The notes under the pieces were generated by a model. That model was not told where the DNA came from and made no database searches. It was given only the letters and a program-made list of their open reading frames with translations. This document shows positions 48,311-57,945 of a stretch of 64,000 nt of DNA, one piece after another. The DNA lies in NCBI GenBank assembly GCA_043810355.1, contig JBDROB010000075.1, positions 16,565-80,564 of the forward strand. Direction: 5' to 3'. Position numbers and translations under genes: made by a program. This DNA comes from Candidatus Woesearchaeota archaeon. Lineage in GTDB: Archaea; Nanobdellota; Nanobdellia; Woesearchaeales; JAGVYU01. The stretch's first letter is position 1. The number at the start of each line of letters is the position of its first letter.

Positions 48311-49309
48311 TCATGATAAGCTTTTTATTAATTCATCTCTTGTAATAGTGGCTGTTCCAACTTTTTCAATAGCAATACCTGCTCCATGATTCGCTAGATA
48401 TGCAGATGCATGGATATCTAGTTCAATATTGGCTAATGCCAATAATGAGATAACTGTATCGCCTGCTCCTGAAACATCAATAACAGATTTTGCCTTTGTA
48501 GGTTCTAATGAGTGATTATGATGATTATCATAGCTGAACATTCCTCTTTCACTTAGTGTGATGACTAAATATTCTGGAGATAATCTCTGCATCATTTCTC
48601 TTCCAATATCTATAATATTGTCAGCTCTGCCATTTAGTCTGAGTCCAGTGAATTGTTCAGCTTCGCTGAGATTGCAGCATACTAGTGTTGAGTTTTGATA
48701 GAATATAGCATTTGTTGGTTTCACTTCAGAATATACTTTGACACCTTTTTTTGTTGCATATTCTATTAATTCTCTGACAACAGGTTCTATTAATAGCCCT
48801 TTGTTATAATCAGATAATATTACTGCATCACTTTCATCAATACAAGGTTTTACACTGTCCAATAGCATTTGACCTGTCTTTTCAGATATTGGGCTTGTAT
48901 CTTCTTCATCAAATCTGGCAATTTGTTGTTGATGGGCCAATAGTCTCTGTTTTACTATAGTGCTCCTGTTATTTCCATTATATATAGGTATAAATGATAT
49001 TCCATATTGTCTGCATAATTCCTCTACCTTTCCACCATAAAAATCATTTCCTATCAATCCACATAAAGTAACTTGAGCATTTAATGCTGCTAGATTTTGT
49101 GCAACATTACCTCCTGCTCCAAGATTATAACTATGTCCATTAACTCTTACTAAAGGAGCAGCTGGTTGTTCTGGATTGATCCTTTCAACTTCTCCAATTA
49201 GGTAATGGTCTAGGGCAATATCTCCTAATACCAGAATCCTTCTTTTATCAAAATTGCTGATTGCTTTTCTCAGATCATAATCATTTGCCATTCTATTATT
49301 TCTCTCCAT
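48311..49309 (-). CDS. D-beta-D-heptose 7-phosphate kinase (HldE/RfaE domain I-like, PfkB ribokinase family), stand-alone.
   Basis: 'RRILVLGDIALDHYLIGEVERINPEQPAAPLV' matches the RfaE-I N-terminus. 'DVSGAGDTV' PfkB signature. Confidence 0.75.
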   Translation of the reverse strand: MERNNRMANDYDLRKAISNFDKRRILVLGDIALDHYLIGEVERINPEQPAAPLVRVNGHSYNLGAGGNVAQNLAALNAQVTLCGLIGNDFYGGKVEELCRQYGISFIPIYNGNNRSTIVKQRLLAHQQQIARFDEEDTSPISEKTGQMLLDSVKPCIDESDAVILSDYNKGLLIEPVVRELIEYATKKGVKVYSEVKPTNAIFYQNSTLVCCNLSEAEQFTGLRLNGRADNIIDIGREMMQRLSPEYLVITLSERGMFSYDNHHNHSLEPTKAKSVIDVSGAGDTVISLLALANIELDIHASAYLANHGAGIAIEKVGTATITRDELIKSLS

Positions 49310-49388
49310 TATTTAATACCTGTTCTATTGTATCCCCTTTGTTCAGACTCGGAAGTATGTCAATACCTTATTTAAGAACAAGACTTAA

Positions 49389-49877
49389 TTAATGCCTTTT
49401 TCTTTCATTGATTCTGTCCAATGAATATCTAGCTATTGAATCAGCAATATCACTCCCAACTACTCCATTTGGGATAAAATCAATATATGGCCTTAAGCTT
49501 AAAAGCCCAGGATCTTTAGAATATGCTAAAAAGATTGGATCTGACTGTCTTTGCCCTGTTGATTGAATCTTAAGAATCCTTTTTACATCTTCTGGAAGTC
49601 CAGAATCAATTTGAGGGTCATCGATTACAACAAATCCATTCCATAAAGGGTATGATAATTGCTGTAAAAGCACTTTTCTTATATCATCAGGTCTATGGCC
49701 ATACTCTTTACCACCTATGGCAATAAATGCTCTTGATTCTGGCTTAACTCTTTCTGCTACTTTTTCAAATAATCCATATTTGCTGCTTGATTTTCCAAGC
49801 AATAATACATCTGATTTATTCAGGAATGCTGTTTCTGATCCTTCTACCATTTTTTTACCTTTCTTATTTAATAACAT
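49389..49877 (-). CDS. Hypothetical protein (162 aa). There is no convincing SIS/GmhA signature.
   Basis: ORF only. Confidence 0.4.
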   Translation of the reverse strand: MLLNKKGKKMVEGSETAFLNKSDVLLLGKSSSKYGLFEKVAERVKPESRAFIAIGGKEYGHRPDDIRKVLLQQLSYPLWNGFVVIDDPQIDSGLPEDVKRILKIQSTGQRQSDPIFLAYSKDPGLLSLRPYIDFIPNGVVGSDIADSIARYSLDRINERKRH

Positions 49878-50054
49878 TAAAGTATGAACTATTCATACTA
49901 TTCTTTTACCTTATTTAAATACATTATTGTTCTATAACATATATTCTAGAAAATATAAATTATTAAAAAGGTATTACTATATCATACTGTTAGGGGGGGC
50001 ATAATAATAGACTGAACTAAATAAGAACATCTAATATTATGAATAATAATTAAG

Positions 50055-50810
50055 ATGAAGAAAGAAAAGATTGCTATTTCTGTGGATAAGCCATTGTTAG
50101 ACATATTAGACTCTAAAGTTGACGGTTCAATCATCCGCTCGAGATCACAGGCTTTTGAGATTTACCTTAAAAAAGGTCTTGGTTCTCAGCAGATTAGCAC
50201 AGCTGTGATCCTTCTAAAGTCAGATCATCATAAAGTGGCATTAAAGAATCTTAAGTCAAGGACCTTGATCAAGAATCAGCTTGATTTCTTCAATAGTTTT
50301 GGTATCAAAAAGATTCTTATTGTGACCCAATCCTCAAACCATCTGGATAAGATCAATCATGAATGCCTTCACACAACCCAGGATGTCAAGATAATCGAGG
50401 ATGATTCTAAAGGTAATGCAAATGCATTGTTCAGGGTTAAGAAGATGTTGGATGACTCAAACTTTATTGTGACCAGCGGTGATGTCTATAATGATTTTGA
50501 CCTTAACAAGATGATCTCAAAGCATATACACAATGATAAGCTTGCAACAATGGGCCTTATGACAAGAGAAAAACCATCTCAATATGGGAACGCAGTTCTT
50601 GATGGGGATCAGATTATTGATTTTCAGGAAAAGCCAAGGCAGACAACCTCATTCATTGTTAATGCTGGGATATACATATTTAAGCCAGAGATCTTTGAGC
50701 TTTTTGAAAACACTTCTTCTTTGGAAAAAGATGTCTTTCCAAGGTTAGCCAGAATAAAGCAGCTGAATGGCTTTTTCACTTACGGCGAATATCATCATAT
50801 GGAAGAATGA
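50055..50810 (+). CDS. Sugar-phosphate nucleotidyltransferase (GT-A-like NTP_transferase; heptose-1-P or hexose-1-P nucleotidyltransferase) with an N-terminal ribbon-helix-helix-like segment.
   Basis: 'IVTSGDVYNDFDLNKMI...GLMTREKPSQYGNAVLDGDQIIDFQEKP...VNAGIYIFKPEIF'. Confidence 0.6.
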   Translation: MKKEKIAISVDKPLLDILDSKVDGSIIRSRSQAFEIYLKKGLGSQQISTAVILLKSDHHKVALKNLKSRTLIKNQLDFFNSFGIKKILIVTQSSNHLDKINHECLHTTQDVKIIEDDSKGNANALFRVKKMLDDSNFIVTSGDVYNDFDLNKMISKHIHNDKLATMGLMTREKPSQYGNAVLDGDQIIDFQEKPRQTTSFIVNAGIYIFKPEIFELFENTSSLEKDVFPRLARIKQLNGFFTYGEYHHMEE

Positions 50811-50836
50811 TGGAAGAATAGAAATCAGGTATTCTA

Positions 50837-51976
50837 TCAGCTTTTCAAATTCTCAGTATGTTTCATAATATCATCAACCTTAATGTTTTTCATGCAGATA
50901 TTATTATGCCCTGATTGAAGGCATTCAGGCACTTGCCCCAGATGAACATTTATGCAAGGGCTAAACTCACAAATCTCACCTTTATACAGTCCAACACTAT
51001 CTTTCTGAAAAGGTCTCCATCTGACTGGAAGATTTGGGCCAAACAAGCCGATTGTTTTTGTTCCCATTGCAGCTCCAATATGCATTGGTCCTGAATCATT
51101 GCTAATAATTAGATCACATCTTTCTTCAAGATAAAAAAGCTGTTGCAAACTTGTTTTCCCAGCAAGATTAACAATCTTACCTTTATTCTTGACCAATCTG
51201 ATTATTTCATCATTTAACTTGATATCATCTGAGCTTCCTAACAACACAATTTTTGTATTCTTCTCATCAATAAGCCTGTCACCAAGCTCAGCAAACCTTT
51301 CCTTCATCCACATCCTTGATTTTGCTGACTCTGCAGCTCCTGCAAACAAGCCAACTAAAAAATCATTTTTAGACACTTTATTATCATTCAAAAGGCTTTC
51401 AATGTATTTTTTATCCTTGTCACCATACATCAATCTCTCCAGATTCAAAACTGTCCCTTCATATCCAATTAGTCTTATCAGGTCAAGATGAGTCTCAACT
51501 ACATGCTGTTTGTCATTATAAGAAACAGATTTTGACAGAGTCATACCTCTGATCCTGTTATCATAACCTATCCTAAACTTCCCTACAAAAAATGATATTA
51601 TTGAGGAAATATTCAGATACTCTTCAAAATCAACAACAAGCGAATATTTCCTGTAATTTTTTGATACAAAACCCAAAATAGAAAGAAAGTTAGTCTCAAT
51701 CACAATCAAATTATCAAAAAAACCTTGGCCTTCAAAAACATCCTTTGCTCTCCTTGTAGTCAATATATCAACTTCAGAATCATTATACTGCTCTCTTAAT
51801 GCCTTGATTGCAGGCAGAGTCAATATTGTCTCTCCAATCCCCCATAGTTGAATTACTAATATCCTATTAACACCCTTTAACTTTTTCCTAAAGAATATTT
51901 TGTTCAAGATTCCAAGCTTTAGGCAAACCAGTGTCCCAATATATTTGTCTAAAATCTTAATGCTTTTTACACTCAT
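50837..51976 (-). CDS. GT9-family glycosyltransferase (heptosyltransferase-like), third copy.
   Basis: 'RILVIQLWGIGETILTLPAIKALREQYNDSEVDILT'. C-terminal 'SNDSGPMHIGAAMG'. Confidence 0.7.
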   Translation of the reverse strand: MSVKSIKILDKYIGTLVCLKLGILNKIFFRKKLKGVNRILVIQLWGIGETILTLPAIKALREQYNDSEVDILTTRRAKDVFEGQGFFDNLIVIETNFLSILGFVSKNYRKYSLVVDFEEYLNISSIISFFVGKFRIGYDNRIRGMTLSKSVSYNDKQHVVETHLDLIRLIGYEGTVLNLERLMYGDKDKKYIESLLNDNKVSKNDFLVGLFAGAAESAKSRMWMKERFAELGDRLIDEKNTKIVLLGSSDDIKLNDEIIRLVKNKGKIVNLAGKTSLQQLFYLEERCDLIISNDSGPMHIGAAMGTKTIGLFGPNLPVRWRPFQKDSVGLYKGEICEFSPCINVHLGQVPECLQSGHNNICMKNIKVDDIMKHTENLKS

Positions 51977-52026
51977 AATTGATATGCAATTGAATCTAAG
52001 TTTATAAAATTATTCTAAGAAATATA

Positions 52027-52368
52027 TCATTTTTTCCCATTCTCTTCTTTGCTGATTGCAATCCTCGATACTAGATCATCTGTCTTTTTTTGCAATCTTC
52101 TGACTAATGAATATGTGTGGAAAAGTGTTCCTATTATGATGATGAATCCTAATATTATATAGAAATCAAGAGGCCTCTGCATTGTCAGCACATCTTTTAC
52201 AAAATAGTTCAATTGTGTTGGAAATAATGTGATAAAAATGAATCCTAGCCATAATATTGCCCAGACCAGACCTTCTTTTACAGTGAACTCTTTTCTTTTA
52301 TTGTGCAAGAATGTGATATAAAGCATAAACAATCCGAACAGCACTCCGATTATTTGAATTCCTAGCAT
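52027..52368 (-). CDS. Small membrane protein (DUF2304-like) paired with the adjacent GT2.
   Basis: 3 TM segments. Lies directly downstream of, and 1 nt apart from, the GT2. Confidence 0.5.
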   Translation of the reverse strand: MLGIQIIGVLFGLFMLYITFLHNKRKEFTVKEGLVWAILWLGFIFITLFPTQLNYFVKDVLTMQRPLDFYIILGFIIIIGTLFHTYSLVRRLQKKTDDLVSRIAISKEENGKK

Positions 52369-52369
52369 A

Positions 52370-53035
52370 TTACCTCCTCAATTTCCATAATATCATGTTA
52401 ATCACAATCTTGATTCCATCTATTGCAGTTGTTCCTTTGTAGATGTCTGAATAGATTGTTTGTATTGGGATTTGAGTATATCTCAGCCTTGTCTTTCCTA
52501 AATTTGCAATCATCTCTGATTCCATTGAATAGTCATTTGCATCCCATCTGATCTTTCTGTATGCATCTGCATTATATGCCCTATATCCGCTTTGTGAGTC
52601 AAATAAGTCAATATTATATAAAAACCTTGTAGCAGTATTTATAATGTTGTTTCCGATCTTCATCATCAATGGCATGTCTTTATTAAATTTTCTGAATCCA
52701 AACACAATGTCATTATTCTTTAAGGATTCTAGAAAATTTGGGATCTCTTTTGGATCATGCTGGCCGTCTGCATCAATAAGTATCATTATCTCTCCACCTT
52801 TATTTAGGACAAAGTCACATCCTGTCTTGATTGCAGCTCCTTTCCCTATGTTTATTGGGTGTCTTAGCACAATAGCCTTGTTTTCTTTGGCTATATTATT
52901 GGTTTCATCCCTGCTTCCATCATCAACAACTATAACATTGTCCAGATGTTTTTTAATATTTTTTATTACACTCCCTATATATTTCTCCTCATTATATGCT
53001 GCAATAACTGCATAAACCTTGGATTTGTCTTCCAT
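52370..53035 (-). CDS. GT2 glycosyltransferase (Dpm1-like).
   Basis: 'VYAVIAAYNEEKYIGSVIKNI...IVVDDGSRDET...IDADGQHD'. Confidence 0.8.
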   Translation of the reverse strand: MEDKSKVYAVIAAYNEEKYIGSVIKNIKKHLDNVIVVDDGSRDETNNIAKENKAIVLRHPINIGKGAAIKTGCDFVLNKGGEIMILIDADGQHDPKEIPNFLESLKNNDIVFGFRKFNKDMPLMMKIGNNIINTATRFLYNIDLFDSQSGYRAYNADAYRKIRWDANDYSMESEMIANLGKTRLRYTQIPIQTIYSDIYKGTTAIDGIKIVINMILWKLRR

Positions 53036-53176
53036 AAGAGAATAAAGAATATGTTATTATTTAAAAATTTGATTGTAAAACCTGTTTCTTAAAAAAAAAG
53101 AATATTTAATCAAATCGAATTTTCTAGATCTAAAAATTGACATCATATAGGGTCAATTTTGGTTATTTTTTAATTA

Positions 53177-56100
53177 TTATGCTTCCGTTGTATTAAATTC
53201 TCCACCAATCATATCACTTTCATTTATCATGACATCTTCACTACTATTGATTATTTCAATCTCAATATTTTCAACATTATCAATCCTAGTTGCATTATAT
53301 TCCTCCTCACTGATTTCCTCAATTGTCACTGTTTGCTGGAAAAAAGGATAGACATTCTCCTGTTTTCCTTCCCAGTCAACTTTCCAGACAACTATCCTCT
53401 GTCCCAAGACACTGTTCTCTTCACTGAATTTTTCAAAATGTTTTGTTCCATGCCCATCTAAGAAATATAATTGAGTGAATATGCTGTCAGTCTGCTCGAC
53501 ATTTGTTATGAGCCTTGAATAACCATCCTCAGTCGGTATCATCAGGACACCAAAATCCCCTCCATTCTCATAGTCCTTGGTGATTATTCCAGTCTCATTC
53601 AGTATGACTAATCTCTTAGGTTTCTCTATGCCTTGAGCTGAACTGAATACCAATTCCATTGATGTGGAGTTAAACAGTCCGGCGCCCCCTCCAAACAATG
53701 AGCAGATATACATCCCATCTTCTCCTGGTGTGCATGGATCAATTCCAGATGCATAGCTTGGCCAAGGTGCTGTCCAGTCATTTGCATCCCTTCCAGTTCC
53801 CAATGATTGAATTTCCAAATAAATTGCTTGGGCTTCATCATCTGTCATGTTGAATTCATCTTTTAGGTATTTGACACCTTTGTCCATATCAAGATTATTA
53901 TCTTTTATTGTATTGTACATTGTTGATCTCCTGAAATTCCAGATTCCAAAATGTCCCCAAACTCCGCTTTTTCCTATCATGTCAGATGAGGTTATAAAAT
54001 ATGCTTCCGGAGGCTCACAGTGTGTATATTCCAGTACATTTTCTGCCTGTTCTTCATTAAGCCCATACCCTTTCAATATTCTTCTTGCATCTTCTTTCTC
54101 TAAAACAATTATTTCATAGATTATATCTACACTCTTGTATGTCTCATTTATTATTTTGTCAAGCTCGTCAAATGCATTGTTGCTGCCGCAGTCAAGCATT
54201 CTTAATAATCCTACACTGACATCTTCATCAGATGTAAGGAGTGAATTGCCTACCCAATGGGCCATTGGCGAGTCTTGTGATGTTCCATCAAATGTTACAG
54301 GTCTGTCAGCAATATATTTGAACCAATGCCCGAAATCCCACCATGATGTTATGATTGCATTATTCTCACTCTCAAGCCTTATCTTTTCTAATGAGCTCCA
54401 CCATGCATCTGTCATGCTTGGTATTTCTTGATATGCTGTTGATTGTCCAGCCTGCAGAGGTTTGATAAGGATTATGGATAACAGTACAATGATGACTATT
54501 TGTGTGATTAGTTTGTTGATCTTTAATTCCTTTGATATTATTTTGACAACATACTGGTATATTATTCCCAAGGCAAGTCCTACTGCAATTGAAAATGCAG
54601 GGACAAATAACAATATGAATCTTATTCCTTTTATTCCAGAATATACTGTTGCAGCAAACCAAAGAACTAGCAGGATGCTGTATTTGATATAAGTCAATCC
54701 ACCATCCTTTTCTTTGATCAAAGCGATTACTCCTTTTATAAAAACAAGCACTATTCCTAAAACACTCAGGTAAAATAAGAATGCACCTCCTATATTCCCG
54801 ATCACTTCAGGAAATGATGATTCATTCTGCTCAGCAACTGTTGTGAATACATTTGGCCAGACAGATGTTGCCCCAATTTGCTTTAATGTGACAAATCCCA
54901 TAGGTTTTTCAACTACTGTATAGAACTCATTGAATCCTAGAAACATAGTGATAAAAATGCCTGAGAATAGTATGAACATAATTATGATGATAATATTATT
55001 TTTAACAAATTTTAATTTAAATATCTGGTTGATTTTTATCCCTTTTTTATAATTTAACATTAAGTAAACTGCTAGATAGCCAACAATATATATTATTGTA
55101 GATATTATCACAAGATAGAATATATACCACCATCCTCCTGCCCATGCAAAACCAAGAAGGCCGACTAAAAAGCCTGATAAGGCAGAATATATTATTTTCT
55201 TTTTTAGATCTTTCTCTTCAAACGCAATTAAAAAGAACCATGCTATATATAATGGCAATGTCACATTGTAAGCATCTGTATCTGAAAACCCGCCCATTGT
55301 CCTGTTGATAAATGCGCTGTGGATTGCAATTAAAAATCCAGCTACAAATCCTCCATAATTCCCTGCAAGCCTTCTTGTGATAAAAAATCCAGGGATCACT
55401 GCTAAAGCACTGATAAGAATTGGTATAAGGAAAATAAAACTCATTAGATCTAGGTCTCTGTTGAAAAACTGGAATGCTTTAAATAAATAAGCAGAAAGAT
55501 AAGCATGGAACATGTCAGGTACAATAAATCTTCCTAATGGTGCAAACATGTGATTATCAAATGGCTTTCCATCCCTTAGCTCGTCTCCTGGATGCCCATT
55601 GTTAATTATATTTCTTGCATGTCTTGTCCAATAATAAGGGTCAATTGCCAATAGGTAAGTGAATTCTCCGATAACCTCTCCTTTGCTGTTTGTGATATCT
55701 CGCCTTAATCTTGATTTAAACTGGTTTGATGAAGCTGATATTGCATTATCAACTTCCTTTTTGTTTTCACTCAGGATTTTTTCAAACTCTTTCTCAATTA
55801 TTTTTGCTTTATTCTCATCAGGAAGATTTGGATATTCATTATTGACTTTATTCTCAACCTGGGCTCTTATCCCATTATATATATTGTCTCTTGCCCAAAC
55901 ATCTGTTATCGGCAATATTGCTGACTGATATCTAAGATTAGCGCTGAAATAGACACAGAACAGTAGTGAAAATATGATAAGGATTGTTGGAATGATCCAA
56001 GGTTTATTTTTTATATACCCATAACCTTTTTTTATTGATTTTGTCACATCAGAAAATTCTTCATCCTTTTCTTCATCTTTGCTTTCTTCCTTTTTGTTCC

Positions 56101-56476
56101 CCTTTTTGAAAATATTTTTTATACCGGAAAAATCAATGTTGAAATCCTCATCTTTCTCTGCCTTTTCATTATCTTCAACAAAATCTTTCTTTTCCTTGAT
56201 AATTTGCATTTTCTTCTCAGCTTCTTCAGTCTGCCTTTTCTCCTTATTGTAGCCAGGTTCTTCAGCTTTCTCACTAATATTTTCAGCCTCTAATCTCCTT
56301 AGCTCTTCTTTTTTCCTCTCTATCTCTTCATGGATATCTTTTTTATCTTTTTTCTTCTCATCCAGAGATTTATCATCATCGCTAAATGATTTACCTACTT
56401 TCTTGAAGAATCCTTTTACTTTTTTTATATCAAATGAAATCTCTTCATCATCAAAATCATCATCCAAAGACATCAC
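53177..56476 (-). CDS. aglB: Oligosaccharyltransferase AglB (STT3 family) with an unusual ~165-aa Lys/Glu/Asp-rich N-terminal cytoplasmic extension. GTG at 56476 and ATG at 56473 are both candidate starts.
   Basis: 'ITSWWDFGHWFKY' (WWDYG motif). First-loop 'LLAIDPYYWTRHARN'. 13 TM segments plus a large C-terminal domain. Confidence 0.85.
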   Translation of the reverse strand: MMSLDDDFDDEEISFDIKKVKGFFKKVGKSFSDDDKSLDEKKKDKKDIHEEIERKKEELRRLEAENISEKAEEPGYNKEKRQTEEAEKKMQIIKEKKDFVEDNEKAEKDEDFNIDFSGIKNIFKKGNKKEESKDEEKDEEFSDVTKSIKKGYGYIKNKPWIIPTILIIFSLLFCVYFSANLRYQSAILPITDVWARDNIYNGIRAQVENKVNNEYPNLPDENKAKIIEKEFEKILSENKKEVDNAISASSNQFKSRLRRDITNSKGEVIGEFTYLLAIDPYYWTRHARNIINNGHPGDELRDGKPFDNHMFAPLGRFIVPDMFHAYLSAYLFKAFQFFNRDLDLMSFIFLIPILISALAVIPGFFITRRLAGNYGGFVAGFLIAIHSAFINRTMGGFSDTDAYNVTLPLYIAWFFLIAFEEKDLKKKIIYSALSGFLVGLLGFAWAGGWWYIFYLVIISTIIYIVGYLAVYLMLNYKKGIKINQIFKLKFVKNNIIIIIMFILFSGIFITMFLGFNEFYTVVEKPMGFVTLKQIGATSVWPNVFTTVAEQNESSFPEVIGNIGGAFLFYLSVLGIVLVFIKGVIALIKEKDGGLTYIKYSILLVLWFAATVYSGIKGIRFILLFVPAFSIAVGLALGIIYQYVVKIISKELKINKLITQIVIIVLLSIILIKPLQAGQSTAYQEIPSMTDAWWSSLEKIRLESENNAIITSWWDFGHWFKYIADRPVTFDGTSQDSPMAHWVGNSLLTSDEDVSVGLLRMLDCGSNNAFDELDKIINETYKSVDIIYEIIVLEKEDARRILKGYGLNEEQAENVLEYTHCEPPEAYFITSSDMIGKSGVWGHFGIWNFRRSTMYNTIKDNNLDMDKGVKYLKDEFNMTDDEAQAIYLEIQSLGTGRDANDWTAPWPSYASGIDPCTPGEDGMYICSLFGGGAGLFNSTSMELVFSSAQGIEKPKRLVILNETGIITKDYENGGDFGVLMIPTEDGYSRLITNVEQTDSIFTQLYFLDGHGTKHFEKFSEENSVLGQRIVVWKVDWEGKQENVYPFFQQTVTIEEISEEEYNATRIDNVENIEIEIINSSEDVMINESDMIGGEFNTTEA

Positions 56477-56516
56477 CTTGTCAATAACTAATTAAATTGT
56501 TTTATCAATTGTCTGA

Positions 56517-56552
56517 TTAATGGTTTAATTAATGGTTTAATTAATGGTTTAA
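56517..56552. repeat. Three perfect tandem copies of the 12-mer ttaatggtttaa, 40-76 nt upstream of the aglB start (minus-strand promoter region).
   Basis: Direct reading. Confidence 0.7.
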
Positions 56553-56628
56553 TTGTTTCCCCTCAGTATATATAATAGGATAGGGAATTATTCTGCTTTT
56601 ATAAAAGTTTGTTTTAGATTAGTATTTG

Positions 56629-57729
56629 TCAAATAATGAATTTAACAAAAGAAATCAGCCTGGGCTCTTTCAGCAATAGTTTAAATACCATTTTGCTTGG
56701 CTCATCCCTGTCGATTGTCTCCAATATTCTCTTCATTTTTGGCTTGTCAAAATATCCAATCAGCTTGTTCCAGTCATCTTCATCAAATTTATCCATTATT
56801 TTCCTCATATACTTATGTAGGGATAGGTCAAAAAACAATCTCTTTCTCAATTCTCTTGAGAATTTCTTTTCTGTTCCAATGCATTCAGCCAATATCTCAG
56901 CTGATCTCATGCCCTGTATTATGCCTCCTGCTGTTGTCGCTTTGACCATTCCAGCTGCATCACCTATAATATATGTGTTGTCATCAGATACCTTCAGTTT
57001 TTTGTCAAACTTGGGGATCAGACCCCCTTGTGTCTCGATTATCTTGCTCCTAAAATCTTTTCCAATCTTTCTCTCTAAAAAATCATCCAATATTTTCCTT
57101 ATACCCAATGATCCAATTATGCCTACGCGAGCAATTTCCTTATTCTCAGGGACAATCCATGCAAATGTTCCTAAATATGGATAGAATTCAATCTTATTTT
57201 CATTTTTATGTTCAATCCTGTATTGAAGGCTTGTCCAGTATTCTCTTTTTTTGTTTCCAAGAGATTTTGCTATAATGCTTTGCGGCCCGTCTGCCCCGAT
57301 TATATTATCACTTTTTCTTTCAATCTTTTCCTCAATAATCTCATTTCTGTCTAATTTTCTTATCGACAATATATCATCTTTAAAATCTTCGATTTTATGG
57401 TCAAGAAATATTTTTACTCCCTCTTTTTCAGCTTTTTTTGACAGAAACTTGTCAAATCTCTCCCTGTCAAGGATCAGATTTGCTTCTCTAAATCTTATTT
57501 TCAGAGATTTTCCATTTGGAGCAAATATCTCAACATCATTGATTCTATTGGCAACACACTCATCAGGGACATCAATTAATTTTGATATTGTATTTGTCAC
57601 AATCCCAGTGCATTGTACCGGTTTTCCAATCTCCTTGTTTTTCTCAAATATCTCAACCTTATACCCCTTTTTTGCAAGCAGATATCCTGCAAAATTTCCA
57701 ACAGGTCCAGCTCCAACAATTGATATCAT
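56629..57729 (-). CDS. Geranylgeranyl reductase family FAD-dependent oxidoreductase (digeranylgeranylglycerophospholipid reductase-like).
   Basis: 'MISIVGAGPVGNFAGYLLAKKGYKVEIFEK' FAD-binding N-terminus. 'GDAAGMVKATTAGGI'. Confidence 0.85.
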   Translation of the reverse strand: MISIVGAGPVGNFAGYLLAKKGYKVEIFEKNKEIGKPVQCTGIVTNTISKLIDVPDECVANRINDVEIFAPNGKSLKIRFREANLILDRERFDKFLSKKAEKEGVKIFLDHKIEDFKDDILSIRKLDRNEIIEEKIERKSDNIIGADGPQSIIAKSLGNKKREYWTSLQYRIEHKNENKIEFYPYLGTFAWIVPENKEIARVGIIGSLGIRKILDDFLERKIGKDFRSKIIETQGGLIPKFDKKLKVSDDNTYIIGDAAGMVKATTAGGIIQGMRSAEILAECIGTEKKFSRELRKRLFFDLSLHKYMRKIMDKFDEDDWNKLIGYFDKPKMKRILETIDRDEPSKMVFKLLLKEPRLISFVKFII

Positions 57730-57945
57730 GAAACAGAGAGAATGACTAATAATATTTAATTCTAATTAATTTAATAATCAAAAACCTCTTATTAAAAAAA
57801 ACCAGAAAGTATCTATTATAAAATAGTTATATCATATTAGTACTTTATAATAGTATCAATACAAAAGATTTAAATATGTAATAGATATTTCTACCATACA
57901 ATTAGATAATAATTTTTGAAAAACAACTTTTAGAAGGGGATATAT

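Noticed and set aside
46237-49309. The heptose operon considered as a very recent bacterial acquisition on the basis of composition.
   Set aside because: GC and codon usage of these genes look like the ~30% GC background, unlike the 57.9-61.8 kb segment. Ancient transfer remains possible, but there is no compositional evidence of recent HGT.
49389-49877. The 162-aa protein considered as the missing GmhA (SIS-domain sedoheptulose-7-P isomerase).
   Set aside because: No convincing SIS phosphosugar-binding signature could be aligned. Left as hypothetical.
56517-56552. Tandem 12-mer repeats considered as a CRISPR array.
   Set aside because: Only three directly abutting 12-nt units with no spacers and no cas genes. 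More likely a promoter/operator repeat.
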